A DNA stretch of 49,907 nt from assembly GCA_041746575.1 (NCBI GenBank), contig JBGTGT010000080.1, forward strand, positions 1 to 49,907, written 5' to 3'. The stretch's first letter is position 1, and every line of letters begins with the position of its first letter. Shown piece after piece: positions 32,081-41,787 of the stretch. Source of the stretch: Microcystaceae cyanobacterium. GTDB taxonomy: Bacteria > Cyanobacteriota > Cyanobacteriia > Cyanobacteriales > Microcystaceae. Below the pieces are notes generated by a model that searched no databases, had not been told where the DNA came from, and saw only the letters and a program-made list of their open reading frames with translations. The position numbers and the translations under genes are program-made.

Positions 32081-32473
32081 TCATAACCATTTCTGTAAAG
32101 CGGGAGGAAAGGTTATTTTCTGCCGAGTTTGAGAATTAATACAAATATGGCGTGTTTTCGCCGTAACGATTGTTTGATGAGGATAGCGATTAGATTCTAA
32201 TTGATAAGTCATTTCAAAGGTATTTTCGGTTAAGCATTGAGAAGAAAGCTCAATCATTAATTTATCTCCCCAATAAAGGGGACGAAAAAAGTCAATTTCA
32301 CTATGGACAATTGGCAAGGCAATTTCTTTCTTTTCCAACCATTCTTGTAGAGATAACCCTTGACTTTCTAAAGCATATTCATAAGCTTCATGACAAATCG
32401 AAAGAACGTGGGCAAAATAGACAACACCCGCAGCGTCAGTATCTGCTAAACGAATCGTTCGATGATAAATCAT
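32081..32473 (-). CDS. Hotdog-fold acyl-CoA thioesterase, probably DHNA-CoA hydrolase
   Basis: RLADTDAAGVVYFA..ICHEAYE..LPIVH..DFFRPL. Confidence 0.75.
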   Translation of the reverse strand: MIYHRTIRLADTDAAGVVYFAHVLSICHEAYEYALESQGLSLQEWLEKKEIALPIVHSEIDFFRPLYWGDKLMIELSSQCLTENTFEMTYQLESNRYPHQTIVTAKTRHICINSQTRQKITFPPALQKWL

Positions 32474-32825
32474 AAGTCGATTGATTATAATAAATGATAG
32501 GGTTAGAGCGTAAAAGGGAGCAGAGTGTTAATCCCTTTTCAATTACCTCCTCTTAAACGCCAGACTTCTACTTTCTAGGTCATACCTTAATTCTATTCCA
32601 CATTATAGGGGAATTTAAGGGGAGAATGTCCTTACGCCTTATCAAAAAAAATTGAGAAAAAAGACCCTTAATCTGTTACCCTATGGTGAACAATGTCCAA
32701 CAATGGAAAAAACGAACAAGACATTTTAAAGCATAAAAGTAGGGTTTTTAACCCTTCAGCTGAGCAACAAGTTAAGTGAATCACCAAAAAGACGATCATT
32801 ATTTTTAAATAAGGAGATTAAAAAA

Positions 32826-33779
32826 ATGGCAGAGCGACCGATTATTTTAGGAATTGTAGGAGACAGCGCGGCAGGAAAAACAACCTTAACCCAAGGGATT
32901 GCCAAAATTTTAGGGGAAGATCAAGTAACCATTATTTGTACCGATGATTATCATCGTTATGATCGCAAACAAAGAGCGGCAATGGGAATTTCAGCTATTC
33001 ATCCTGACTGTAATTATTTAGATATTATGCAACAACATTTGAGCTTATTACGGACAGGACAAGCCATTTTAAAGCCAATTTATAATCATTCAACCGGAGA
33101 ATTTGACCCACCCGAATATATTAAACCCAAGTCCTTTGTTATTGTAGAGGGATTATTAGGCTATGCCACTAAAGGGATGAGAGGAAATTATGATGTGAAG
33201 GTCTATTTAGCTCCTCCTGAAACATTGCGCACGACATGGAAAGTGAAGCGAGATACCCGAAAACGAGGTTACACAGAAGAGGCCGTTTTAGACCAATTGA
33301 GACAGCGAGAACCTGATTCTGAAGCTTTTATCCGTCCTCAACGTCAATGGGGAGATATGATCGTTTCTTTTTATCCTCCCGAACAAGAACAGCAACAGAG
33401 CGATGTGGTATTAAATGTAAAACTTGTGCTACGTCCAACGATCACCCATCCTGATTTTAGTCTGATTTTAGATGCCAAGGGGAGTCATTTAGGAGAAGCA
33501 ATTCGTTTAGAATTAGATCGGGACATGGCAAAACCGGTAGACGTCCTCCAAGTAGATGGTCATGCGACTCAAGAACAGGTCACTGAACTTGAACGAATTC
33601 TGTGTAATGAAGTGCCTTATTTACGACAATTTTGTAGTTTGGAAGGGAATCAAGACATCGGTAAAGTGGTGGGGACAACCGGAGAAATTTTACAAAGCTA
33701 TCCTTTAGCATTAACGCAATTGTTAATTACCTATAATATGCTTAAAGCACTACGAATCAATAAAACCCAGCTTGCTTGA
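32826..33779 (+). CDS. Phosphoribulokinase family protein, non-canonical paralog
   Basis: GIVGDSAAGKTT, DDYH, KPIYNH.TG, VEGL, WKVKRD..KRG, FIRPQ, with RBS AAGGAG. Confidence 0.8.
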   Translation: MAERPIILGIVGDSAAGKTTLTQGIAKILGEDQVTIICTDDYHRYDRKQRAAMGISAIHPDCNYLDIMQQHLSLLRTGQAILKPIYNHSTGEFDPPEYIKPKSFVIVEGLLGYATKGMRGNYDVKVYLAPPETLRTTWKVKRDTRKRGYTEEAVLDQLRQREPDSEAFIRPQRQWGDMIVSFYPPEQEQQQSDVVLNVKLVLRPTITHPDFSLILDAKGSHLGEAIRLELDRDMAKPVDVLQVDGHATQEQVTELERILCNEVPYLRQFCSLEGNQDIGKVVGTTGEILQSYPLALTQLLITYNMLKALRINKTQLA

Positions 33780-33791
33780 GCAATGAACTTA

Positions 33792-35429
33792 TTAAGATGC
33801 TTGTTTTCTTTCTGCTAATTTTAAGCGGATTTCTTGATGAAACTCTTTAGTAATGGGATAAAAATAGGCTAAGATTAAGCCAATCGTTAAAAAGAAAGCG
33901 GGTAAAGGGGCGATCGCTAGACGAATAGCCCATAAAGCACTTTCAGGTTGAACAGGAACAGGTTGACCCGGAATCTGTTCAATAAATCCCGACGCTTCTA
34001 AGGCAATTCCTACTAAAAATAAGCCTAACGCTAAACCGACTTTTTGCAATAAAACCATGAACGCGTAAAATACCCCTTCCCGTCGTTTACCCGTTTCGAG
34101 TTCATCTAATTCAATCACATCGGGAATCATTGACCAAGGAATAAGATAGGCAACTGAAACCCCACAACCGGCTAAAACGGCTAACAAAAATAATAAAGTA
34201 TTTTGCCCAGGTTGAATTAAAAAGAGTCCAATTTGGGCGATAATCCATAACCCCATCCCCATCATATACACGGTTTTTTTGTCTAGTCTATCACTAATTC
34301 TTTGCCAGACAAATAACATGACTAAAGCGGTTCCTTGAACCCCCAAAGCAACAAAGGGGAAAAACTGCGCAGTCAACCCCATCCAACTCACTACAAAATA
34401 AATCAAAATTGAAGCGGTTAATTGTACGCCCAGCCAAGAACATAAATAAATACCAATTACAAAAAGAAAGGGTTTATTCCGAAAAACAATTTTCAATTGT
34501 TCTAAAAAAGGAATGGCGGATCCTTCTATTAACGTTTTAGTTCTGCTTTTTGTCGCTAAATGAGATTCAACCACAGCCCAGCGAAAAGTACTTCCTGCTA
34601 AGATAATTAACCCCCCCATAATAATCGTAAAAACGGCGATAAAATCAATCTTATTTTCGCCACCGACTAAAACACTGGTCATTGGAATTCCACGCAGAAT
34701 TCCATAACTAAGACAAGCAATTCCCAACCCCATTAAGGCAATTCCTAGGGTGTGTTTTTGAGAAAGATTAAGAATTGGCATTTGTCCCCGTTCTTGAATG
34801 CGAAAAGCAGACCAAAAGAGGGTCAATGTGCCTAAAATTGAGCAAGAAATTCCTAAGACTAAAAAGCCCATTTTGCCATCGCCGTAGGTTTGAATAGCCA
34901 CTAACGCTAGGATTAGCGATAAAATACTGCCCCCAATGGAAAAGAGAAAACGAAAACTATTTAAACGGGTACGCTCATGATAATCTTGGGTTAATTCAGG
35001 GGTTAAAGCAGTATAAGGTAAATTGACCGTTGTATAGGCAAGATTAAAAAGAATACCAATGACAACGTAATAAAAAAATAGCCCCCAAATATTAAAATTT
35101 CGCTGTTCACTAAAGGTGGGAACAAGCCACTGTAAACAGTACAATAAAGCAAAAGGAATTGTCCCTATAATAATCCAAGGTAAACGACGACCCCAACGGG
35201 TACGGGTGCGATCGCTCAATACCCCCACAAAGGGATCATTAATCGCATCAGAAATCTTACCAATCATTAGAATACTTCCTGCTAAACCGGGTGGAAGTCC
35301 TGCTACATTGGTAAAGAAAAAGAGTAAATAAAAGACTAATATATTGGCTGCAATTGCAGGGGCAAAATCGCCTGATCCATAGGCTAATTTAGTAGTCCAA
35401 TGCAATTTTTCGGAAGAAGAATCTGTCAT
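33792..35429 (-). CDS. GPH/MelB-family MFS symporter
   Basis: KLAYG.GD, DAINDP..G..SDRTRTRWGRR.PW, PYTALTPELT, PDVIE.DE..TGKRREG. Confidence 0.9.
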   Translation of the reverse strand: MTDSSSEKLHWTTKLAYGSGDFAPAIAANILVFYLLFFFTNVAGLPPGLAGSILMIGKISDAINDPFVGVLSDRTRTRWGRRLPWIIIGTIPFALLYCLQWLVPTFSEQRNFNIWGLFFYYVVIGILFNLAYTTVNLPYTALTPELTQDYHERTRLNSFRFLFSIGGSILSLILALVAIQTYGDGKMGFLVLGISCSILGTLTLFWSAFRIQERGQMPILNLSQKHTLGIALMGLGIACLSYGILRGIPMTSVLVGGENKIDFIAVFTIIMGGLIILAGSTFRWAVVESHLATKSRTKTLIEGSAIPFLEQLKIVFRNKPFLFVIGIYLCSWLGVQLTASILIYFVVSWMGLTAQFFPFVALGVQGTALVMLFVWQRISDRLDKKTVYMMGMGLWIIAQIGLFLIQPGQNTLLFLLAVLAGCGVSVAYLIPWSMIPDVIELDELETGKRREGVFYAFMVLLQKVGLALGLFLVGIALEASGFIEQIPGQPVPVQPESALWAIRLAIAPLPAFFLTIGLILAYFYPITKEFHQEIRLKLAERKQAS

Positions 35430-35610
35430 TTTGTGATCCAATTTTTAGGGATAAGTTACTAATAGTTAGCGGTAAGCTGTTGTGCCAATAAACTCCCGAT
35501 TGATAAATCATTCTTTTGCCGTCTGCCGCTTTTTAACCAGCAATTTAGGCATCGGCTCAGATCAGGTTCATTTTATAATAACAATAACCGATATCAGCGC
35601 AAAAATTCTT

Positions 35611-36450
35611 TCAATTTCGCCAAATAACATCAGAAACTCGACTAATATCTCGCATTTGTGCCACATCATGCACTCTCAGAATATCTACTCCTCCTGCGAT
35701 CGCTCCACTACAGGCGGCACCTGTTCCCCAAATTCGCTGTTTAGGGTCGCTTCGTCCTAAAATCTGACCGATAAAGCTTTTACGGGATAGTCCAACCAAG
35801 ATAGGACAATTTAAAGCTTTAAATTCTCTTAAATTTCTTAATAATTGAATATTTTGCTCGTAATTCTTGGCAAAACCAATCCCCGGATCGATGAGGAGAT
35901 GATGAGTGGGAATCCCTAGATTTTGCGCTTTTTGAATTTGAATTTGTAAAAATTGTTTGATTTCTTCGACTAAATTGTTATAATCGGTTAGTTCTTGCAT
36001 CGTTTGTGGATTTCCTCGAGTGTGCATTAGAATGACCGGCACTTCTAACCGAGCTACGGTAGCTAACATTTTGGGATCAAATGTTCCTCCAGAAATATCA
36101 TTGACGATGTCAGCCCCAGCGGCGATCGCTTGTTCAGCTACCTTTGCCCTTGTCGTGTCAATAGAAAGCGGAATTGAGCTATTTTTTCGTATTTCTTGGA
36201 TAATAGGAATTACTCGCTCTAACTCTTCCCCTAATGCGATTTCTTGCGCTCCTGGGCGGGTAGATTGTCCCCCGATATCAATAATATCTGCCCCTTGTGC
36301 TTCAAGCTGGTGCGCCCGATTTAAGGCAGTTTCTAAGTGATTAAATTCTCCACCATCACTAAAGCTATCTGGGGTAACATTGAGAATACCCATAATATAG
36401 GTTCGTTTTCCCCAGATAAAAGAAAAATCTCCAATTTTTAGCTCATTCAT
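35611..36450 (-). CDS. folP: Dihydropteroate synthase
   Basis: MGILNVTPDSFSDGG, DIGGQSTRPG, IDPGIGF, SRKSF, LRVHDV. Confidence 0.96.
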   Translation of the reverse strand: MNELKIGDFSFIWGKRTYIMGILNVTPDSFSDGGEFNHLETALNRAHQLEAQGADIIDIGGQSTRPGAQEIALGEELERVIPIIQEIRKNSSIPLSIDTTRAKVAEQAIAAGADIVNDISGGTFDPKMLATVARLEVPVILMHTRGNPQTMQELTDYNNLVEEIKQFLQIQIQKAQNLGIPTHHLLIDPGIGFAKNYEQNIQLLRNLREFKALNCPILVGLSRKSFIGQILGRSDPKQRIWGTGAACSGAIAGGVDILRVHDVAQMRDISRVSDVIWRN

Positions 36451-36459
36451 GCCAAAAAG

Positions 36460-36660
36460 TTAGCGACCTAACTCACTCCACAACGTCGCTTGATGGGGAA
36501 TCACGGTGGTTTCCGCCGCAGGAGATTGATTGCCCGTTTCCCCTTGACTGAGATAAACACGGGTAGCAGTATAACCCACAATAAACATCGAAAAGGCAGC
36601 GAGACTTGCCGCTAAAACCCGATCTGCGCCAGAAATTTGAGTGGTGTTGTAGTTGTTCAT
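36460..36660 (-). CDS. Small single-TM hypothetical protein
   Basis: 66 aa with one hydrophobic segment; ends 9 bp before the folP start. Confidence 0.6.
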   Translation of the reverse strand: MNNYNTTQISGADRVLAASLAAFSMFIVGYTATRVYLSQGETGNQSPAAETTVIPHQATLWSELGR

Positions 36661-36738
36661 AAGTATTTACACTGAATTTTAACGTCCATTTTTATTATCT
36701 CAGAATTTTCTGTATTCAGTGATACTGTTTATAAAAAT

Positions 36739-36891
36739 TTAGTTTTGATGAGGTGGGTTAACTGAAACTGATTGTAAAACCTGATCAGTAAGAGAGAGTG
36801 GGAGATCAGCGCGGTGAGAAATTACTCCGTGGTTGATACCTGCCATTAATCCAATGATACCGGGCAAAATAAGGGACGTTAAGGTGTTCAT
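36739..36891 (-). CDS. Small hypothetical protein
   Basis: MNTLTSLILPGIIGLMAGINHGVISH..LP.SL..Q from ATG 36891. Confidence 0.5.
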   Translation of the reverse strand: MNTLTSLILPGIIGLMAGINHGVISHRADLPLSLTDQVLQSVSVNPPHQN

Positions 36892-37120
36892 GCAAACCGT
36901 ATTTGAAACTAGCCTCAGTTTCTCAAGGGAAAGACGATCATTCTGTAACAAAACTTACGATTTCTTGAACCGTTAAGCGTGATGATGTCATCTAATCATT
37001 GGTTTGATGAACAAATTACAAGATTGACCCTATCCATTGTAAAACGCCGCGTGATAATTTTCCCATAACTGGACTTAAAAATAGGCGTTTGTCAAAACTG
37101 GAAAATAGAAAACCAAGTTG

Positions 37121-39139
37121 TTACCAAATTCTGCCTTTATTATCCTCTTGTGTAGGGGTATCAGTGGAATCTTTCTGTTCTGATTCGTTAGTTTCTGAGG
37201 ACGGATTTTCGATAACAAATACAGTGGTAAATGTATTACTAGACTGACCAGATTTATCCTGTGCTTGTCCTTCTAATTTATAGTTACCGGGAGGTAAAGG
37301 TTTAAGGGATAAATTAAACTGATAAAGATTTTTTTGAGAAGTAGTTGTTGTTAAACGATTAAGAGTAAAGGTTTGTTGTTTTTGCTCATCTTGATAAAGT
37401 GTTAAGAAAATACTACGAATATCATCAGGATTTTGGTCACTGACTGTTCCATTTATTTTAATGATGTCGGGGGAACTTTGTTCAATTTTAAATTCAAAAT
37501 TTTGAGGCTCAGCGTTAACTTTAAAATTTAAGGTTTCTATGGCACTTTTTTGGTTGTTTTTATCGATTCCTTGAGCTTTAATTTGGTAATTGCCCGCGCT
37601 CACTCCTTTCAAATTATAACGAAAGGTTACTTGATTAGTATTGTCCTCAGAGGAAGTTAATTCAGTTGATGAAAGATCGTTTAAAGATTCTTCTTTTTTG
37701 GTTTCAGCGTTAACTAACCAAAAGTGGATTTTGGCTAAATCTTGCCAGCCGTTTTGATCAGAAATTTGACCTTCAATTATAATCGGTTGGTCTGCCTCAT
37801 AATCAGTATTTGTTGTTAATCCTTTACTTAACTGTAAGCCTTCGGGAGGCGTATTAATTATTAAATCAATCGAAAAAGGTTCAGAGACAATATTTGCTTC
37901 ATCGTAGGCAACTCCTGTTAAGGTGTATAAATTTGCTCCTAACTTTTCAGTGAAAGTATAATCAAAGCTTAAACAATATTTATCGTTCGCCTGAATTTTA
38001 AATTGTTGAATATTAAAAACTTTAATTGGGGTTTCTTGAGATAAGGTTAATTGAATTTTTCTTAAATCCGTATGCTTATTTTGATCGCACACTCTACCGT
38101 TGATAATTTGAATTGCTTCCCCTTGGTTGACTAAATATTGATTATTTAACTGATTTCCAGCCAGAGAAAAAGCTAATTCCTGCGGGGGGTGATTTCGTTG
38201 ATAAAACCAATAAGATAACCCCGACGCAAAGATTAAACTGCCTAAAAATATACTTAATAGTCCTTGATAATTTCTTTTTTTCTTTTGAGTAGAAGAACCT
38301 AATAAATTTAACCATTCTTGCACGGTTTTAGTTCGTTTTTTCGGTTCAATTTCTAATCCTTTATGTAAGGCGTGATAGCTTTTACGACTTAATTGAGGAT
38401 TCAACTTTTTAGCAGAAACTAAAGTTTCGCCTTTACCGACGATTCCCTTCCGTTTTAAGGCACTAATGGGATGGGTTTTTGTTACCATATAATAGAAGGT
38501 CGCCGCTAAACTATAAACCTCGGAATATTTACCAATTTTATCCCTTGAAAGGTGTTGTTCTATGGGGGCATATCCGGGAGTAACAGGCACATTTGTATTG
38601 ACGGTTTCTAAGGCAATTGGTACTGATGTTTGGGATGAATATTCCTTTAAGTCGGTAGCATTACTAAAATCAATTAAGGTTGCTTTTTGTCCATCAGAAG
38701 AAATGATAATATTTTGGGGACTGACATCTAAATGTAGAATACTTAATTGATGGAGATAAATTAAGGCTTCTCCCAATTGTCGAATGATATGAATAGCAAA
38801 ATCTTCTTTAATTTCTTGAGTATTGAGCCAATCCTCTAAGGTAATACCTTCTAGATATTCCATTACTAAATAAGGAATATTCTCAAGGTAGATAACTTCA
38901 TAAAATTGAACAATATAGGGATGATTGAGGCTTTGTAAAGCTTGAATTTCATGGTTAAATTGATTGATAATTTCAGGAGAATTGAGGCTCACTTCCTTAA
39001 GGGTTTTAATCGCCGCCAAACGATGTTGACCAAACTTTGCTAAATAGACAGTATAATAACGACTGTGGGCAATTTCACGTTCAAGGGTATAATAATATTG
39101 TTGTCCTTTTAAAGCTTGACCGATTAAGGATTTCATCAT
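37121..39139 (-). CDS. Hanks-type Ser/Thr kinase-like protein with TM helix and about 3 Ig-like repeats
   Basis: AAIK, YLVMEYLEG, HLDVSPQN, LIDFS, TPGYAPIE. TM GLLSIFLGSLIFASGLSYWFY. Repeated G..SDQN..D...GNY units. Confidence 0.85.
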   Translation of the reverse strand: MMKSLIGQALKGQQYYYTLEREIAHSRYYTVYLAKFGQHRLAAIKTLKEVSLNSPEIINQFNHEIQALQSLNHPYIVQFYEVIYLENIPYLVMEYLEGITLEDWLNTQEIKEDFAIHIIRQLGEALIYLHQLSILHLDVSPQNIIISSDGQKATLIDFSNATDLKEYSSQTSVPIALETVNTNVPVTPGYAPIEQHLSRDKIGKYSEVYSLAATFYYMVTKTHPISALKRKGIVGKGETLVSAKKLNPQLSRKSYHALHKGLEIEPKKRTKTVQEWLNLLGSSTQKKKRNYQGLLSIFLGSLIFASGLSYWFYQRNHPPQELAFSLAGNQLNNQYLVNQGEAIQIINGRVCDQNKHTDLRKIQLTLSQETPIKVFNIQQFKIQANDKYCLSFDYTFTEKLGANLYTLTGVAYDEANIVSEPFSIDLIINTPPEGLQLSKGLTTNTDYEADQPIIIEGQISDQNGWQDLAKIHFWLVNAETKKEESLNDLSSTELTSSEDNTNQVTFRYNLKGVSAGNYQIKAQGIDKNNQKSAIETLNFKVNAEPQNFEFKIEQSSPDIIKINGTVSDQNPDDIRSIFLTLYQDEQKQQTFTLNRLTTTTSQKNLYQFNLSLKPLPPGNYKLEGQAQDKSGQSSNTFTTVFVIENPSSETNESEQKDSTDTPTQEDNKGRIW

Positions 39140-39413
39140 AGATTTCTCTTTAAACGATTTCTTTCTTTATAAATGAGAGTAGGGGAAGCAAATAGCGATA
39201 TTATTGAGATTAATTATAGATCGGGAGTGATTGCCGACCTCAGACTGGTTAATAAAATAAATCTTAAGAGATTTAAACGTCTTTCGGTTAACGGATTTTG
39301 AAAAACGATCAATGGTTAGATTCTGTCAAAACAAATTGCCACCCGACACGATATTTCAAGACTTTATTAATCAATAGGCTCTTAAAAGTATTTTTAATCT
39401 CAGATTTTTCCTC

Positions 39414-40751
39414 CTATAAAATCTCTCGTCCTGTTAAAATTCCTCGCACTTCTAACATTGCCGAATAGGTAGGAAGAATGTGTAAAGTTTCATCCTCTGG
39501 GGTGTAATCCAAGGCAGTTTGAATCGCTTCTTTTAAGTCCTCTTTAATCATTAAATTCATCGGCGTATCATTGTCCCCTTGACTATACTTTAATCTTAAA
39601 GCCATATCATAAATGCGATCTCCACTCACCACCAAATTTCCCCCTAGCTTCACTAATTTTTCCGTATCCACATCCCAAATCCAAGAAACATCCGTGCCAT
39701 CAGGAATACGGTCATTTAAAACCAGTAAAGTAGTTGAAGCTTTCCCCTTCATTTTAATATCATTTATAGTGCGAATCGTTTCATTCATACCAACGGGATT
39801 TTTTGATAATAAAATTCTAATGTGTTTGCCTTGAACTGTTAATTCTTCAGCACGGCCAAACGCGGCACGGAAGTTTTTGATAGAGTCAAAAATAATGTCT
39901 TGATTAACTCCTAATTCTTGCGCTACTAAGCCCGCCGCTAAACTATTATATTTATTATAAACGCCAATTAAAATCTGTGGCCAATCTTGAGAATGAAAGG
40001 CCGGTTGACTTTTTTGGAAACCACAACTCTGACATTTAAAATCCCCTAAATGGGATAAATAAACCCCTCGATAATCCAAGAGATAACCACAACTAGGACA
40101 GTAAATAGAGTCAACTGCATGAGGAATTTCCTCTAAATATAAATTCGGTTCACTCAAGCCAAAATAACGCACAGGTTGACTAATATGTTGTCCGAAATGG
40201 GATAAAGTAGGGTCATCTGCATTAACAATGACGACGGTTTGATTGGATAACGGTTTAATCGCTGTTTGCCAACGCTGACAGATAGTATCAACTTCTCCAT
40301 ATCGGTCTAATTGGTCGCGAAATAAATTCAACGCTAAGATAATTTTGGGGTCACATTCCTTGAGTAAAAGGGGTAAAATATTCTCATCAACTTCTAAGAT
40401 AGCGTAATCTGCATTCAGTGTTCCAATTAAATTTGTATGAGCCAACAAAGCTGTGATTAAACCATTAATTAAATTCGCCCCCGTTTCATTGTGGGCAACC
40501 TGCCAACCCTCTTTTTCTAAGATAGAGCGCAATAGTAATGAAGTGGTTGTTTTGCCATTCGTGCCAACAACTAAAATCACTCCTTGCTTGACTTGTTTGC
40601 ATAATAAACGAAGCAAATGAGGATGAAACCGACGAGCAATTTCACCGGGTAAAACACTAGCTGCCCCTAATTTTAATAAACGAACCCCAGACGTTACAAT
40701 TTTAGCTGTGGCAACCGCTAACGCTAACCGAATTCTATCCACTGATTGCAT
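39414..40751 (-). CDS. MurT-like Mur ligase (DUF1727 C-terminus)
   Basis: GTNGKTTT, LEVDE, NLFRDQLDRYGE, CPSC/CQSC zinc ribbon, LSKNP.G, DGTDVSWIWD, LPTYSAM. Confidence 0.85.
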   Translation of the reverse strand: MQSVDRIRLALAVATAKIVTSGVRLLKLGAASVLPGEIARRFHPHLLRLLCKQVKQGVILVVGTNGKTTTSLLLRSILEKEGWQVAHNETGANLINGLITALLAHTNLIGTLNADYAILEVDENILPLLLKECDPKIILALNLFRDQLDRYGEVDTICQRWQTAIKPLSNQTVVIVNADDPTLSHFGQHISQPVRYFGLSEPNLYLEEIPHAVDSIYCPSCGYLLDYRGVYLSHLGDFKCQSCGFQKSQPAFHSQDWPQILIGVYNKYNSLAAGLVAQELGVNQDIIFDSIKNFRAAFGRAEELTVQGKHIRILLSKNPVGMNETIRTINDIKMKGKASTTLLVLNDRIPDGTDVSWIWDVDTEKLVKLGGNLVVSGDRIYDMALRLKYSQGDNDTPMNLMIKEDLKEAIQTALDYTPEDETLHILPTYSAMLEVRGILTGREIL

Positions 40752-40921
40752 AGATTAATTTTGCTCCCTTCATCCTAAATTTTTCATCAAGGTGATAGAC
40801 GAATCCTAATCATTTTAGTTAGCAACATCCCCTATAATTTACCATTAAATACGGTGTAGGGGTTCGGGGCTTGCGCCCAGAATGAGTAATCCCTTATTGT
40901 TGCTACTTTATATTAAATCTT

Positions 40922-41659
40922 ATGAATAAACAAAGAAAAGTAATATTTTTAATAATATTAAGTGTTTTTTATGTCAGTTGTTCCCAATCTCAACCACAAG
41001 CTACTCCTAATCCGTCCTCTGCTCCTTCCCATTCTGTTGTTGCCAGTGACCCCCAAGCCGCTGCAAATTATCGTCAAAAAGGCTTACAATATCGAGCAGA
41101 AAAGCGATACTCTGAGGCGATTAAAGCTTTAGAACAATCTACTCAATTAAATCCTAATTACACAGCAGGATGGGTAATTTTGGGGTGGACTTACCACTTA
41201 GCAGAGAAGCCCCTAAACGCAATTACAGCACTTCAAACTGCCCTTACTCAAGATTCGCAAAATGTTGAAGCTTTAAATGCTTTGGGTATTGTATATCTGG
41301 TGAAAGGTGATTTAGCTAAAGCGGTAGAAACCCATTCAAACGCTCTGAGCCTAAAAAAAGATAACGAAATTGCTCACTATAATCTAAATTTAGCCTATGA
41401 TCGCCTGAAACAATATGATAAAGCGATCAAACAGGGTCAAAAAGCGATCGCACTCGAACCCCAAAATCCCCATCCTTGGGTCGCCTTAGCTCTTGCCTAT
41501 TGGGATAAAGGAGATAAAACTAAAGCAAAAGAAAACTATCAGAAAGCTATTGCTCTAGATAACCGTTATCGTCAAAAAAATTACTTAAATTATCTTAAAG
41601 AGGCGGGTTTTAGTCCAGACCAAATTGAACGAACGAAACAAATGATATCGCAATTCTAG
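40922..41659 (+). CDS. TPR-repeat putative lipoprotein
   Basis: Lipobox-like FYVSC, Pro/Ser linker and several TPR motifs. Confidence 0.8.
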   Translation: MNKQRKVIFLIILSVFYVSCSQSQPQATPNPSSAPSHSVVASDPQAAANYRQKGLQYRAEKRYSEAIKALEQSTQLNPNYTAGWVILGWTYHLAEKPLNAITALQTALTQDSQNVEALNALGIVYLVKGDLAKAVETHSNALSLKKDNEIAHYNLNLAYDRLKQYDKAIKQGQKAIALEPQNPHPWVALALAYWDKGDKTKAKENYQKAIALDNRYRQKNYLNYLKEAGFSPDQIERTKQMISQF

Positions 41660-41787
41660 ACTCATGATGTACACCTTAATCATGATGCCCGATGCCCAAA
41701 AACCGAAAACGCCGTATCTCATTTAATAAGAAAACTTGTTCCATTAAATCGCTATATAATCAAGCTAACCATGCAATCTTAAAATAA

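Noticed and set aside
40855..40880. REP-like GTAGGGG...GCGCCC remnant
   Set aside because: Single degenerate copy without a good palindrome or an associated transposase.
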